Positions 43,541-58,594 are shown, counted from the stretch's first letter. The stretch: 64,000 nucleotides of DNA from Octopus vulgaris (GCA_951406725.2 OX597820.1:119660001-119724000), one strand, 5' to 3'. Program-made: numbers and translations. Notes: generated by a model from the sequence alone, not told the origin.

Positions 43541-44524
43541 CGAGCAATTGTCATGTTACTGACGCTTCATGAATTGTAAAGAGAAGAAAATATGACTCAA
43601 CAATTTACAAACAATTCTTCTGCGAAATTCTTTTCTTTTGCTGTCTTTTCCTCACGTCACCGTCGAAATGCTTTCTTGTATTTGCTGTGTTTGTTGTATA
43701 TTTTGTGAACGTTACATGTTGCGCGTTTGTTGCTTGTTTTGCCGTGTCTTCTTTTCCTGCCTTTTCAATGGTGCTTAATCACTCACTTATTTAATTTCCC
43801 GGGAAATTTTAATAATCAAATAACAGCTTAGTGTCTTGAATCCAATCAATAGTGGTTGGAGATGAATTTGCCGTAAGATTTGACATTCCTGGAAACATGA
43901 AGGAGCGCTATCTATCAAGCTTCTTGTCTTCGTAAGAGACTCAATTCAGCTTGCTCGTGTTGATCAAACCTATACATGTAATTCGGTTAATAAATATGGA
44001 CAGTATGTGACAAGCATCCGAGAGCAACAGTTGAGGAGGTCTCGGGAAGTGAAGTGTGCAACACGGTTTCAATCTCTGTGTTCTCATTGGAAAATGCACA
44101 AATAATGTGGAATCCCTTTTTACTTATCTGAGGAAGGGGACAATCAATGTTATCAACCGAATATCTGCAAATATTAGACAGCCATTGTTAAAACCATTCC
44201 TGTCTGCTTAAATAGGAAAGGAACATGAAATAATACAGTAAGAGATTTTGTTACGATTTCCCCAAGAATGTTCGTATCTACTGTGGGCATGTGAAATAAA
44301 ATATGCCAGTTTACAAGTGCAGATGGGTCGCCATTTCACACTGCTTTTGTCGTAAAAGTTTCAGCAAACACAGTACATAATATGGTAAAAGACCTTATAG
44401 TAGAATTCATAGACGTGCCTGTGAGTATTTTACAGAATTGATCTAGCAAAATATAAAACAATACATACCCGTTATGAATTATGGAAACACGCAGCTATTG
44501 TAAACTATAAATATTCGAGCACAC

Positions 44525-44561
<37 letters not shown>

Positions 44562-44612
44562 TCATTGTCTTTCTCTACCATCATACAAACATTTCTACAT
44601 ACATATATATGA

Positions 44613-44670
<58 letters not shown>

Positions 44671-44921
44671 AGGAATGCATATCTGTACGCATAGTTATAT
44701 GTACATATATGTATTTGTAAATACACACGCACACACATACGTACATACATACATACCTACATGCATACATACATACATACATACATACATACATGCATGC
44801 ATACATACATACCTACATACATACATACGTACGTACATACATGCATACATACATACATACGTACGTACGTACATACATACATACATATATACATACATAC
44901 ATACATACATACATACATACA

Positions 44922-45010
<89 letters not shown>

Positions 45011-45014
45011 GCGG

Positions 45015-45375
45015 CACTCCGGTCCGTCGGTTGCGACGACGAGGGTTCCACTTGATCCGATCAACGGAACAGCCTGCTCGTGAAATAAACGTGCAAGTGG
45101 CTGAGCACTCCACAGACACGTGTACCTTTAATGTAGTTCTCAGGGAGATTCAGCGTGACACAGTGTGTGACAAGGCAGGCCCTTTGAAATACAGGTACAA
45201 CAGAAACAGGATGAAAGAGTGAGAGGAAGTCGTGGTGGGAGACTATAGTAGGGTTCGCACCACCCTTGCTGGAGCCTCGCAGAGCTTTCGGTATTTTCGA
45301 TTCGCGGTCTCAGAATCGAAATCGCGATCCTATGACCACGAGTTCGCTGCCCTAACCACTGGGCCGTTGCGCCTA
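45015..45375 (-). mobile_element. SINE family C (tail type 1), small internal deletion
   Basis: gcactccggtccgtcggttgcgacgacgagggttcc ... ccctaaccactgggccgttgcgcct. Confidence 0.9.
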
Positions 45376-46139
45376 TACATACATACATACATACATACAT
45401 ACATACATACATACATACATACATACATACATACATACATACACACGCACATATATATATATATATAGGTTGCATTTGTATATTTATTTTAATGAACATC
45501 TTACAAATGTACATGAGATTCAGTAAATCAGTATTTTCTCAAATATATATGTGTATTTGTGTTTGGGTGTGTGTGGGGAGTCTGTGTCTGTGCGTATGTA
45601 TCCATGTATCTAAGTGTGTCTATATTCAACAATAAATACGCAGAGAAGCTTAGACATACTTTCTGAAACAGAAATTCGCAACAGATCACAACAGGTTACC
45701 CATATTACTGTAGTTAGCTGAGAGCAGTTCATGCAGTCCATTTGTCAAAGCAGACATAACTAAATTGGATTTTCTATACAAATAAAACAAAAACTGTAAC
45801 TGCATTAACATGGTTTTAACCTTATCCAGTCTCACTGCAAATCCTTACACAACCCACAACACCCATAAACTTAGCGTCTGATCCCATTCCAAAGCAGGCG
45901 AGGCTAGGCTGGACTAAAGGAGATTAGACAATTGAACGAAGAAGATTAAGGCAATTGCTAGACTGCAGACTACACACATCTCAATCCATCTTGCTGTTAG
46001 CCAAGCATGCCTCTCCTTCAAAGGTCAAAAGCCTTACGCATTATTCCTCTCTATTTTTATTCCTGTTTGTAATACTTGTTCCTTGTTTCTACATTTGGTC
46101 TTCTCTCTGCCACCATTACATTCGTTGATAGAGCTTTTT

Positions 46140-46212
46140 GTTGCTGTTGTTGTTGTCTTTACTGTTTTTGTTGTTGTTGTTATTATCATTATTATTATTA
46201 TTATTATTATTA

Positions 46213-46276
<64 letters not shown>

Positions 46277-46339
46277 CATTATTATTATTATTATCATTGT
46301 TGCTATTATTACTATTATTATTATTATCCTTATTATCAA

Positions 46340-46396
<57 letters not shown>

Positions 46397-46480
46397 TATT
46401 ATTATTATTATCATCATCATCATCATTATTATTATTATTATTATTATTGTTACTGTTATTATTATTATCATTATTATAAC

Positions 46481-46547
<67 letters not shown>

Positions 46548-46575
46548 TTTATTATTCAATGGCTGCTGTTGTTGT
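46140..46575. repeat. (ATT)n/(GTT)n microsatellite
   Basis: Directly visible. Confidence 0.95.
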
Positions 46576-47818
46576 TGTTTTTTTTCTTGATACGATATTA
46601 TTGTCACTGCGACGCTCATTTCTGATGCCATTATTGTTTTTGCTGCTGTTTTTTTTATATTTTTTTATCATTTTTTCCTGCAAACGCTGCTGCCGGTGCT
46701 GCTGCATTAAGATGTCACACTCAGCTTAAATAATGTATAATCTTCTTTCTTCTTTCGCTGCACTGGGTAGCGTGTTGTGGCAATGTGAGGCGTGGTGCGG
46801 TGTGCGGTGATGTGATGCACTCTGTTGGGTGTGCATGTCGTCGGTGCTGAGTCCTGTGTGCGTGTGTGTGTATTTGCGTGTAGCCTGGTATTGAAAGTGT
46901 GCCTATGAAGACACGTACTACATGTGTGCATGGTGAAGTATATATCTCATGTGTATGTATATATGTATATATGTATGTTAATACACATATACATATGCTT
47001 CTACCCATCCGCCTCTACGTTTGTGCATGTATATATATATATATATATATAACGCCCATAACTCCCTTTTATATATATATAAATATATACATATAAATAT
47101 ATATTTATACATATTTATACATATGTATATACATACATATATACACACATATATATATACATACATAAATATATATATATATATACATATATATACATAT
47201 ATATACATATATATACATACATAAATATACATATATATACATATTAATTTACGTAAATACATACATATATATATATTATTTTTTTTTTCATACAACCACG
47301 CACTCACACACATTTTTAGGTGTATGTATAAAGAGAAAAATGAGGTATATCAGCAGCTGGGTGTGTTGTCGTTTCCGCTGGTTCTCATGCGTACGTGAAC
47401 ATGTGTGTGGCAGAGCTGTATGATGTCTTATCCTCCATTATTTTGCTTCTCCGCAACGTCTTCAAGTTAAAATAAAAATAAAAGCAAAGCTGCGGTTTTT
47501 GAAGGCAGCATGATTGTGAGAGTTAAAAAGGCGTAGGTTTCTGCTAATAGTTGAGAAAAATAAAAGTATCCACTGATGGCGAAGAGGTAGGGTTGATGCC
47601 GAATGAAACAGGTAAGAGCGAGGGAGTGGTTGATATAGAGGTATAGATTTGATTGATCTTGGATTATTTCCTGATTTCCATGGTTTCCATCTTGTTACAA
47701 ATATATGCACATACTTGCACCCACACGCACGCACGCACTCACATATGCACACAGAAACATATATGTATAAAAATGAATATGCATATATATATATATACAC
47801 ACATACATATATACATGT

Positions 47819-47943
<125 letters not shown>

Positions 47944-48151
47944 CATGAAAATATAAAATAAAATATAATAGAACATATATATATGTGTTTGTGTGTGTAT
48001 GTATATATTTCGTACTCTTTTGTGGTAGTAAGATGAACAAAAGAATTATTCCCTCTGTCTGAGGATGGAAAGCACCAGGCGTGTCAATAAATAGTGTCTG
48101 AGAAACTTTCATCGTCTAAAACTATTAGTAGTTCATATCTATCTATCTATC

Positions 48152-48238
<87 letters not shown>

Positions 48239-48254
48239 ATATATATATATATAT

Positions 48255-48451
48255 ACTCTTTTACTCTTTTACTTGTTTCAGTCATTTGACTATGGCCATG
48301 CTGGAGCACCGGCTTTAGTCGAGCAAATCGACCCCAGGACTTATTCTTTGTAAGCCTAGTACTCATTCTATCGGTTTGTTTTGCCGAACCGCTAAGTTAC
48401 GGGGACGTAAACACACCAAGCGATGTTTGGGGGACAAACACAAACACATAA

Positions 48452-48488
<37 letters not shown>

Positions 48489-48655
48489 CATATACGACGG
48501 GCTTCTTTCAGTTTCCGTCTACCAAATCTACTCACAAGGCTTTGGTTGGCCCGAGGCTATAGTAGAAGTCACTTGCCCAAGGTGCCACGCAGTGAGACTG
48601 AACCCGGAACCATGTGGCTGGTAAGCAAGCTACTTAACACACAGTCACTCCTGCG

Positions 48656-48659
<4 letters not shown>
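48255..48659 (-). mobile_element. SINE family B, full length
   Basis: Complete tail-to-head match. Confidence 0.95.
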
Positions 48660-48685
<26 letters not shown>

Positions 48686-48691
<6 letters not shown>

Positions 48692-49898
48692 CATAAGTTC
48701 TGTCCGACTTTACCTGTTTTAAAATTGAATGAAATTTAATAGTATTTTAGAACGTGTAATGGAATTGAAATTATTTTTATGCCTTTGTGTACATTTACAT
48801 TAATTATATATTATTTTACAGAATAATAGAATTAAAATTTCTCTGATTTAAGCCCTTTCTAACATAGAAGTATCCATAGAGCTTTTAAGGCAAATAATGC
48901 CTTAAATGTAAAATCTGTAGACGAAGCGACTCGAAAAATACACTGAATTTATGGGAAAGAATGTTTGAATGAAATCACTTGCTGACGACGGTTTGCAAAA
49001 TCCAGAAGTGGAGATTTCAGTCTTGAAGATGAAGATCGAACAGAACGTCCAGCTGAGTTTGATGATAAGTTCCTTGAGGCATTACTTGAAGAAAATTCTG
49101 CATTATCAGTTGAAGAATTGGCAATAGAGCTTAATTCAAACTATACAACTCTTCATTGTCATCTTCAACTACTTGGAAAGGTTCCTAATCTTGGAAAATG
49201 GGTGCCTCATGAATTGTCCGAAAGCAACCGCAAATCCCGAGTTGACATCTGCTCTCTCTCCATTCTCGCGAAATCATTTCCCACTTTTTCGATAGACTTG
49301 TGACTGGTGACAAAAAATGGATCTTCTATCGAAATGTTAAATGTCATAAACAGTGGCTTGGGAAAAAGGGAAATAACTCAACCACAACCGTGAAGGGAAC
49401 TTCATTGGAAAAAGGTTCTTCGTTCTATCTGGTGGGATTGGAAAGGAGGAATTCACTTTGAATTGTTACAACCTAATGCAACAATCAATGCTCACGTCTA
49501 CTGTCAGCAATTAAACCGTTTGATGTTTCATCAGGACAATGGCCGATCCCACACTGCGAAGATCACATCACAGAATGTCGAAGAGCTTGGTTGGGAAAAA
49601 AATCTTCATCCACATAATTCTCCCGACCTTACTCCTTCATACTATCATTTGTTTTGTATTTTAGAGAATCATTTGGGAGACATAACTTTCTCAAGCCAGG
49701 AGGAGGTCGAAACTGCCATTTCAGAGTTCTTCGCTTTGAAACCAAAAGAGTTTTCCATTCATGGGATTAAAACGCCTGTAAATAGATGGAAGGAAGTCAT
49801 AGATAATCAGGGAAGTGATGATTAAATTTCAAATAAATATAACCTTTGATCACTTGGTTTCTTCATTCAAAATTCGGAAAGAACGTATGGGCTGACCT

Positions 49899-49900
<2 letters not shown>
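48686..49900 (+). mobile_element. Mariner transposon, near full length, inactivated
   Basis: SGDFSLEDEDR, GKWVPHEL, VTGDKKW, IWWDWKG, FHQDNGRSH, HPHNSPDLTPSYYHLF and RWKEVIDNQG. The TIRs are aggtca..taagttctgtccga and tcggaaagaacgtatgggctgacct, set in (TA)n. It has stops and frameshifts. Confidence 0.95.
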
Positions 49901-49959
<59 letters not shown>

Positions 49960-50021
49960 AAAAAAGAAGTTTGAAAACGTCACTATATTAGATAAATTAT
50001 AATTTTCTTATGAATTTTACA

Positions 50022-50121
50022 NNNNNNNNNNNNNNNNNNNNNNNNNNNNNNNNNNNNNNNNNNNNNNNNNNNNNNNNNNNNNNNNNNNNNNNNNNNNNNN
50101 NNNNNNNNNNNNNNNNNNNNN
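50022..50121. other. Assembly gap (100 N)
   Basis: Run of n. Confidence 1.
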
Positions 50122-50169
50122 CTTATACATACACAGAGTTACCCACACATACACACACATATGCCCCCC

Positions 50170-50201
<32 letters not shown>

Positions 50202-50385
50202 AAGAGAAAAAGGGAGAGAGAGGGAAGGATAAGTAGATGGAGATACAGATAGATAGAAACATGCATACGTATATATGTATATACATGCACACACACACAA
50301 ACAACAAACACAAAAACGCACGCACACACACATATACACATATATAACACACTTGTATAGATATACACATAAGTAGCTATAACTG

Positions 50386-50461
<76 letters not shown>

Positions 50462-53409
50462 GTCACGGAGAGGATGAGAGAGAGATGTAATTACTATTGA
50501 GAGAACTGGATGTTGCTACAACACCGGTAATTTAAAAAACAAAAAAAAAAACTGCGCCAATAATCAACATCACCAAAATATCAATATATTCATGTATGTA
50601 CGTGATATCTAATTCCATATTACTTTTGTGTTATGACATATACAAGACTCATCTCTCACTTTCTTTGACAGATTTGTAGATATGTTAAAAGAAATACAGA
50701 TATTTCTTATTCGAATAGGAAAAATGTACAGTCATACGTATATACCTCACATCCAACTTCTGCGGCATTCATTCTCGCAATATGGTGCGTTTAGATAACG
50801 GTTGCCTTTTGCGTGAGAACATACATATCGCCACGATGAGATACGATTTCGAAGCTGTAAGAATATATTTTGACTCACACAAATATCAGTAATTTCAATT
50901 CGCTACGTATTTGATCGCTTTATATTTTTGGATTAGCTAACTTTATAGTTTAGGATTAGCTAACTCAAAATTTAAATACTGCTCGTGTTTATAGCGTTAA
51001 TACTACCTCATCCTTATGAATGCATACTCAAACACAAGCCCTAAAGTATATATCTAAATCCAAAAGTAGACTCACCCACATATACACAGACATGCAGTAA
51101 GTAAATAGACACATTTAATTTTCAAAATCTTTTATTTGATATTAATTGGTTAAAGGAGAGGTTTTCTTCTAGCTGCACGTCCATAATACCCAAGCTTATG
51201 CTGATATATAACATGTTTTTGGACTAACTTCTAGCTGTTTAGCAATGTCAGATGCCTTCGAACGGGGCTCGTTTTACACAATTCTCTTCAAACACAAAGC
51301 TTCCTTTCCGAGGGCCCAGATCGGCCGGGATGAGAATCTGTTGATTCTTTTCCTTGGCCTTTGAATTGCACTATAATTCTATTAACAGTGGCCAGAGGAA
51401 TTTGAAGATTTTCGGCAATTTTTCGCTAACTAAGACCAGCCTCAGATTGCCCAGCAATCTCAACAATACGACCTCTTTGAAAATCTGACAGTTCTGCTAA
51501 ATTTTTTGTGCGAGGCATGGTAACTCTTCGTAAGACGCTTAGATCAGGGATTTTGAAAATTAAAGGTGTCTGTTTAATTCCTGTATGTCTGTGTATATAT
51601 ATGAATGTTCAAACCCATGTGTACACATTCACACATACACACATAGGTCTATATTCACACATACATACACATATACATGCGATCATGTTCATATAAGGTT
51701 AACGTTCGTTGTCCGCTCTTTATTGGTGGGAAACACAAATGGAAATAAAATGAATTTTGTTTCTAGAATTGAAACATTGTTCACTCATTTGTGGTTATTA
51801 TCTTACAAAAGAGACACTGAGTGTTGGATAGCTCTTATGATACCGATGGGTAGCGAATAAAGAATAACGGGATTGAAAATAAGCAAGAGAAAATAGATAA
51901 GAGAAAAGAGTATTGATTTAGAATTTTGTATTCGTAATTTTGATCTGTTTTCTGTTGATACAAGACCTTATGCAAAAAACAAAAAAAATCTTTTGATGAA
52001 ATGCTTCTTGCAGTAAGGAGATTGTTTGTATTATTCAGTACCAGTCAGGTCTGAATAATTTACTCTCATGTCTTTTGAAATAACACATTTGTTGATTCAA
52101 GTCCAAATATTAGAAACAATGATTTAGTATCATATATTCCAAACACTCCTTTTATCTGCCATGTCTACCACGCGTTCAGAATCATCAGCCTCCAGTTCCT
52201 ACTCTTCGTAAACAACTTAAAAGTTATTCGTCCGTTCTCTCTATAATCGTGTATTAAATCTGTTAAATATCCTTTTCCACAGTTTTCTTCTGTTACATCC
52301 TTTCACTTTCCTAATCGAAACTTAATTGTAAATATCTTTCTCTTCTCACCCGATGCCCAGTAACTTAGCTATTTGCCATTTTATGATGCAAGTTGTCTTT
52401 CTTTGAGAGCTGAACAATTTCAGACGTGTTTGTTAACCTATTCGTATAGGATATCCACAGCATTTGTGGAAGAATCCAAATCGCTGTGTCTCCGATAAGT
52501 ATTTGTAAGTACGTTTAAATTATACAGTCATATGTACGTAGGAATATTAAATATTTCCTGTTTCCCGACTTTTCTAACGGTTATTAATAATCTTTTATCG
52601 AAAATATTTGTTTGGTTTAATCGAAAGTAATTTTGGTGTGTCCCATTCTCTAATTAATTTATTTCATGTTTTTCCCAAACTCTCGCAAAGATTCCACAGA
52701 GTTGACGTTCTCAATTTCTTCCAAAGTTTACTACACTGAAAATTATGTATCATATTAATAATATATTCTGTGGCATTTTTCAATATTGTCAATAGTTCTC
52801 GGTTTCTGTTATTAAAACTCAGGTCCCTTAATTGTGCAAAATACAAATTCTAGATCTGTCTTTGATGTTGCTATGAGGATTGTTCCCAACTGGTACAAAG
52901 TCAACAGACTGCTTAATTTATCTTAGTACATACTTAAAAAAAAGACCAATGTTATCATAATACGCAGAAGCTCTACTTTCTTCAAATTTTCTTATTTCCT
53001 ATTTCATCTCCAATTCTGGACGCTGGTCTTTGTTTCTCATATAACTTACCGATAATCTCTAATCACATCCCAAATATATATCTCGCAACGATTTGTTCAT
53101 GGTGTGCTATGCTGACTACTCCATTGGCGAGCTACAATATATTTACTCAGATCTGGTTCTTGTTTCTTTGCTTTTTAAATATTTGAAAAGTCTTTAAAAA
53201 TAGTTGAAATGAAGTTTATTGCAGTTTTTGTCTGAAGATAGAAAACTCTTAAACACGACACACTCTTGAAAATGTTACCTCTTGACGTAAATTGCCTTTT
53301 AACGATGTATCTTCATTACACATACATACATACATACATACATAAAACATACAAATATGCACACACATACATACATACATACATACATACATACATACAT
53401 ACATACATA

Positions 53410-53700
53410 CAAAAATACCCAGTTGTTCATGCTGAAACTCCAATGAAGGAGCCTTGGATCTAGGTTAGAAACCGTTTCTTTTTCTATTGGCAAGAAATCT
53501 TGAAATACAGGCATACATAAAAGGAGAATCTGGATGACGTGGGATTTTCAGAAATAGAAATCGACCAGCTGATTCGTACATTACGAGAAAAGTCTGCGAG
53601 TGGAACAGTAAAAATATGCAACACTTTTCCAAAGTTCCAATGTGAATTTGTCTGTGTTAACTACATTCCAAAGATGGAGACTTGTATCTTTGTTGCAAAC
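53410..53700 (+). mobile_element. Possible RLE-type non-LTR retrotransposon 3' fragment
   Basis: LDDVGFSEIEIDQLIRTLREKSASGTVKICNTFPKF resembles C-termini of RLE-bearing elements (LGF...LIR.L...S..GTVKICK.F). It is short and has no catalytic motif. Confidence 0.45.
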
Positions 53701-53719
53701 CAGCCCCCTCCTCAATGGT

Positions 53720-53884
53720 ATCTTGGCTGTGTGGTAAATAGCTTGCTAACCAACCACATGGTTCCGGGTTCAGGCCCACTGCGTGGTATCTTGGGCAATT
53801 GTCTTCTGCTATAGCCCCGGGCCGACCAATGCTTTATGAGTGGATTTGGTAGACGGAAACTGAAACAAGCCTGTCGTATATATG

Positions 53885-53919
<35 letters not shown>

Positions 53920-54138
53920 TTGTGTGTCTGTGTGTGTTCCCTCAACATCGCTTGACAACCGATGCTGGTGTGTTTACGTCCCCGTCACTTAGCGGTTCGG
54001 CAAAAATAGACCGATAGAATAAGTACTGGGCTTACAAAAAGAATAAGTCCCGGGGTCGAGTTGCTCGACTAAAGGCGGTGCTCCAGCATGGCCGCAGTCA
54101 ATTGACTGAAACAAGTAAAAGAGTAAAAAGAGTAAAGA
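53720..54138 (+). mobile_element. SINE family B, head slightly truncated
   Basis: tggctgtgtggtaaatagcttgc ... gactgaaacaagtaaaagagtaaaaagag. Confidence 0.93.
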
Positions 54139-54384
54139 GAACACACACACGCACACACACACATATATCGCTATTTTAATTTCATACATTTTCTATTCCA
54201 TGTAACGAATTTTGACAAGAGAAGCACTAAGATGCATGCCACTCCATTACAGCAGCAAACTTGCTTTAAGGTACGGCTGTTGGTGATAAGGGTGATATAA
54301 CCGCTCGATTATTGGGAAACACGTAACACCATATATTCGTTAATTTTAAGCGGGAGGAAACCTAAACTTATATAAACTGTGTGG

Positions 54385-54768
54385 AAGCACTCCGTCGGTT
54401 ACGACGATGAGGGTTCCGGTTGAATCCGAATCAACGGAACAGCCTGCTCGTGAAATTAACGTGTAAGTGGCTGAGCACTCCACAGACATGTGTACCCTTA
54501 ACGTAGTTCTCGGAGATATTCAGCGTGACACAGAGAGTGACAAGGCCGGCCCTTTGAAATACAGGTACAAAAGTAACAGGAAGAAAGAGAGAGAGAAAGT
54601 TGTGGTGAAAGAGTACAGCAGGGATCACCACCATCCCCTGCCGGAGCCTCGTGGAGCTTTTAGGGCGTTTTCGGTCAATAAACACTGACAACGCCCGGTC
54701 TGGGAATCGAAACCGCGATCCTATGACCGCGAGTCCACTGCCCTAACCACTGGGCCATTGCGCCTCCA
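54385..54768 (-). mobile_element. SINE family C (tail type 1), full length, TSD about 13 bp
   Basis: Reverse complement of the 8196-8575 element. TSD actt(a/g)tataaact at 54366-54378 and 54768-54780. Confidence 0.93.
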
Positions 54769-55597
54769 CTTGTATAAACTAATCGTTACACAAACACAGT
54801 TAAAAGAGATAACCATAACTAGAGATAAATACAACGAACCTCTGATCAGTTTCTTTCGACATAATTGCTCTGCAAATTCTCGAAGAAACCAATTCCTTAT
54901 TCGGCGAACGGCTTCAACGTATGAATTTGTCTTGATATACATGTTGGTGCGCTTCCGTTATACACACTCACGCACGCACCCCAACACAGACACATACACA
55001 GGCCAATGCACGCAAACACACGAACACACGCACACACATACAGAGACACATAAACACCCTCATGTATATGCATGTTTCTGTCTATATGTATATAAATGTA
55101 TATACATGTGTGCATATTCGCGTGCCTGTGTATACATATTGCATCCTGGGTCTCGAATGAATAAATTTAACAGATCCTTAATTAATAAATACATCATTAT
55201 AAGATATTTGTTTTCAGTAATTTACTGTAATTTTGCAAATATAGTTATTAGCAATAACTAATACAAATTCACCGTAACCTTTTATTTATTCTAAACTGCG
55301 ATTTATTAAATTAAATCTATTTAATGTGAATGTCTATGCTCGAAATAATATTATCAACACTAACAATTAGAACCTACAAATCGTCCCTTACGATACACAA
55401 GATCGCACGATTTTGTGTAAGAGGCGACTAAAATAAGAAGCGAGAGCAGCTTTAAAAAAAAAAGCTTCAGAAGATTCTTCCAGTCCTTGCACACAAGGAA
55501 AAACCGAACGTAATTTGGTGATGCTGATAAAGACACAGGTAGTCGCACACACATCGACACATTGAGATACAGACGAATAATATGTGTATTATAATGA

Positions 55598-56128
<531 letters not shown>

Positions 56129-57237
56129 TATACAGATACGTTATAATAAAGTGTAATGCCTAAATATTTAGAGAAAAAAAAAAGAAATATATATTCGGTC
56201 ATCTAACTATACACAAAGAAACACTTGGAATTTTTGAAGAACATGAGACGGAACAATGGTAAGGAATTATAAATCAAAGACAAGAATACGTGTGGGCGAG
56301 AACAAGAGAGTGTGAAAGATAGTCGGGGAGATGGAAAGACAGGAAGCAGGGATAGCTTTAACGTAACAAGTGCAGAGTATGAATTTTCCTTGGTAGTCAA
56401 CGATGGCAATGAATGTGTTAGTAAGGATGATATCGACGATGAGGGAAAACAGGATATTATACGACACAAGAAGAAAATACAAGGTAGAGGAGATGGAATT
56501 CGAAGATAAAGAAATGCAATAAAGAAAATGGTGTAGAAAAAATAGTGGGAAAATAAAAGCAAAAAGGCATTAAAAAAAAAACAACTTTCAAAATAATGAA
56601 ATGAAAAACGAAGAATTAGCCGATAGAAAGTAGAAAAATTGAAAAAAATAAATATACACGTTGGAAAAATAAAACACGATAAAATGATGGATTCAGGAAT
56701 AAAAGAAAGGGACAAATGCATATCTCTGTTCCTGTTGAATTTGATGACAAGCACACGCACCTCAGCGATGTTTCTACTCTCCGAATGTCAGCTTAAATTA
56801 TGTGACTACATCACTGATAGGAGTTCCACTGGGACCAAAGCTGTTCTTTGTTTGTTACTCGATGAAACTGGAAACCAGCATCAAATTACTATAAGACTTG
56901 GTCTAACCATAATGCATTCCGGTATCGAGAATATTCAGGTAAATATGCAATCTGCATAGCATTTGTTACAAACAGAACACCCACAGCCAAGTACCTACCT
57001 CTCCTATAACATAGAATGCTCTTACACAGTTGTATACCTGCTGTGATCGTTGAAATTGTTGGTGGCGTCGTTGCTGTTGTATTGCAGCGAGTGATATTCA
57101 TGACAATGTTGATGGCGATGATTATATATCATAGAAAGGCGCAAGAATGAAGAGGAAGAATTAGATTTTTGAAAGAGCTACATATGTGTACGGAGATGAG
57201 GCTGTTCTTCTTGTTGTGATTAGGTATTTGGCCTTAG

Positions 57238-57288
<51 letters not shown>

Positions 57289-57294
57289 AAATTT

Positions 57295-57512
57295 TTTTTC
57301 GTCTTGTTTCAGCTCAGAGCTGCGGCCATACTGATGCACCGCCGTTTTGTGCTACACTGTTCTTACGAAGAACCTCGTCTAGTATGTGGCACTTGGTGAA
57401 GAATGGAGTTTGATATAGCTACTCTCATTTGCACCTCTTGCCGTGAGGTAGGTTCATCTGGGACTCTCGACAGGAAGATGTCCAGCTTTGATTTAAAAAC
57501 CGCTACATCTAC
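57295..57512 (-). mobile_element. CR1-group LINE 3' end (likely partner of SINE family B)
   Basis: The reverse strand reads VDVAVFKSKLDIFLSRVPDEPTSRQEVQMRVAISNSILHQVPHTRRGSS*, followed by ggcggtgcatcagtatggccgcagctctgagctgaaacaag. Confidence 0.85.
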
Positions 57513-57544
57513 TTTGTATATATGTATATATATATATATATAAC

Positions 57545-57673
57545 GTAAAGTATACTAGCCATCTCAATATGGCTAACCACAAAGGGTGGGTGTTACTGTA
57601 GCTTTTAGCCTCAGGAGATCATCGTCTCCAGCTGGTTTTAGGCACACTTTCAGTGCCCTTATGGTATTTGGAA

Positions 57674-57675
<2 letters not shown>
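57545..57675 (-). mobile_element. Penelope-like LTR fragment (same family as 7130-7340)
   Basis: cgtaaagtatactagccatct(c/t)aatatggctaaccac...gtgttactgtagc matches the reverse complement of 7200-7340. Confidence 0.6.
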
Positions 57676-57715
<40 letters not shown>

Positions 57716-57719
57716 GGTA

Positions 57720-58190
57720 GCTTACTGTAGAATTGGATCTGTTGTCTGTACTTCATTGGTATGAAGTGATCCTAGTTCTTGATTAAGATCTGTGACAACT
57801 TCCTCTCTGTTTTCAGGGCTGGTTATTTCTTTACATTGCTGTAGCTACCATCACTTATGAGATTTGCTCGTTTTTCAGAGTAGTAAGGCTTGTTCATCAC
57901 CACCGTAGCATTGCCTTGTCTACTGGAAGTATTGTAATAGAATTGCCCATCTGTATTGTTTGATAGCGAACTTTCCCTTCTTAGTGATGTTTGCTTTGGG
58001 GAGTTTCTATATTTTAGGGATGAGGAATTCTGTACATTATTTACCCTGAACGGATAAGTGTTCTTATTTAGTTTGTTGTTACCACAACAGTTCGGCTGAT
58101 TTACTTTCCAGGCTTCATCAGGTGTCTTGGTAGAATTTTGAACGCAACACTGGGTTCTTATTCCTTAGGAATTGTTTCTTGCTGATGCTA
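57720..58190 (-). mobile_element. Penelope-like element fragment: LTR with decayed hammerhead (58082-58125) joined to the RT N-terminal DKG region
   Basis: The reverse strand reads KLPKANITK...NSITILPVDK(G)NATVVMNKPYYSEK..LISDGSY..VKK*PALKTERKL (PLE PADKG motif). Upstream is gacac-CTGATGA-agcctg..cagcc-GAAC-tgtt-gtg. Confidence 0.85.
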
Positions 58191-58217
58191 TTATAATTAT
58201 AATTATTATAATTATAA

Positions 58218-58248
<31 letters not shown>

Positions 58249-58249
58249 T

Positions 58250-58284
<35 letters not shown>

Positions 58285-58289
58285 GTTTA

Positions 58290-58384
<95 letters not shown>

Positions 58385-58394
58385 TGTTCCTGGT

Positions 58395-58460
58395 ACTACA
58401 TGGAATTGAACTCGCAGTCTTGGGGTTAGTAGCCCGCGCTCTTAATCACTATGCCTGTGG
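58395..58460 (-). mobile_element. tRNA-like SINE head fragment (family E)
   Basis: The reverse strand reads ggcatagtgattaagagcgcgggctactaaccccaagactgcgagttcaattcc, with A-box-like and B-box-like motifs. Confidence 0.6.
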
Positions 58461-58594
58461 GCAATTATAGAGTGAATTTTAGAAAATATAGAACAGAACT
58501 ATTGCGTTGATCTCGTACAGAGAATTTGGAACTAGCCTTTTTGCGTTTATATACAAATACATATGCATACACATACATACATACATACATACAT

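Noticed and set aside
46116-46631. Poly-N ORF MASEMSVAVTIISYQEKKQQQQQPLNN... and a possible minus-strand donor at about 46037
   Set aside because: It is mostly (AAT)n. The ATG frame and the frame reaching the donor differ, and no domain is recognisable.
51960-53130. Patchy protein-like minus-strand readings (for example ORF 52664-52846), also 40325-40540, 8590-8720 and 56312-56509
   Set aside because: No recognisable domain, frequent stops and no consistent splice signals.
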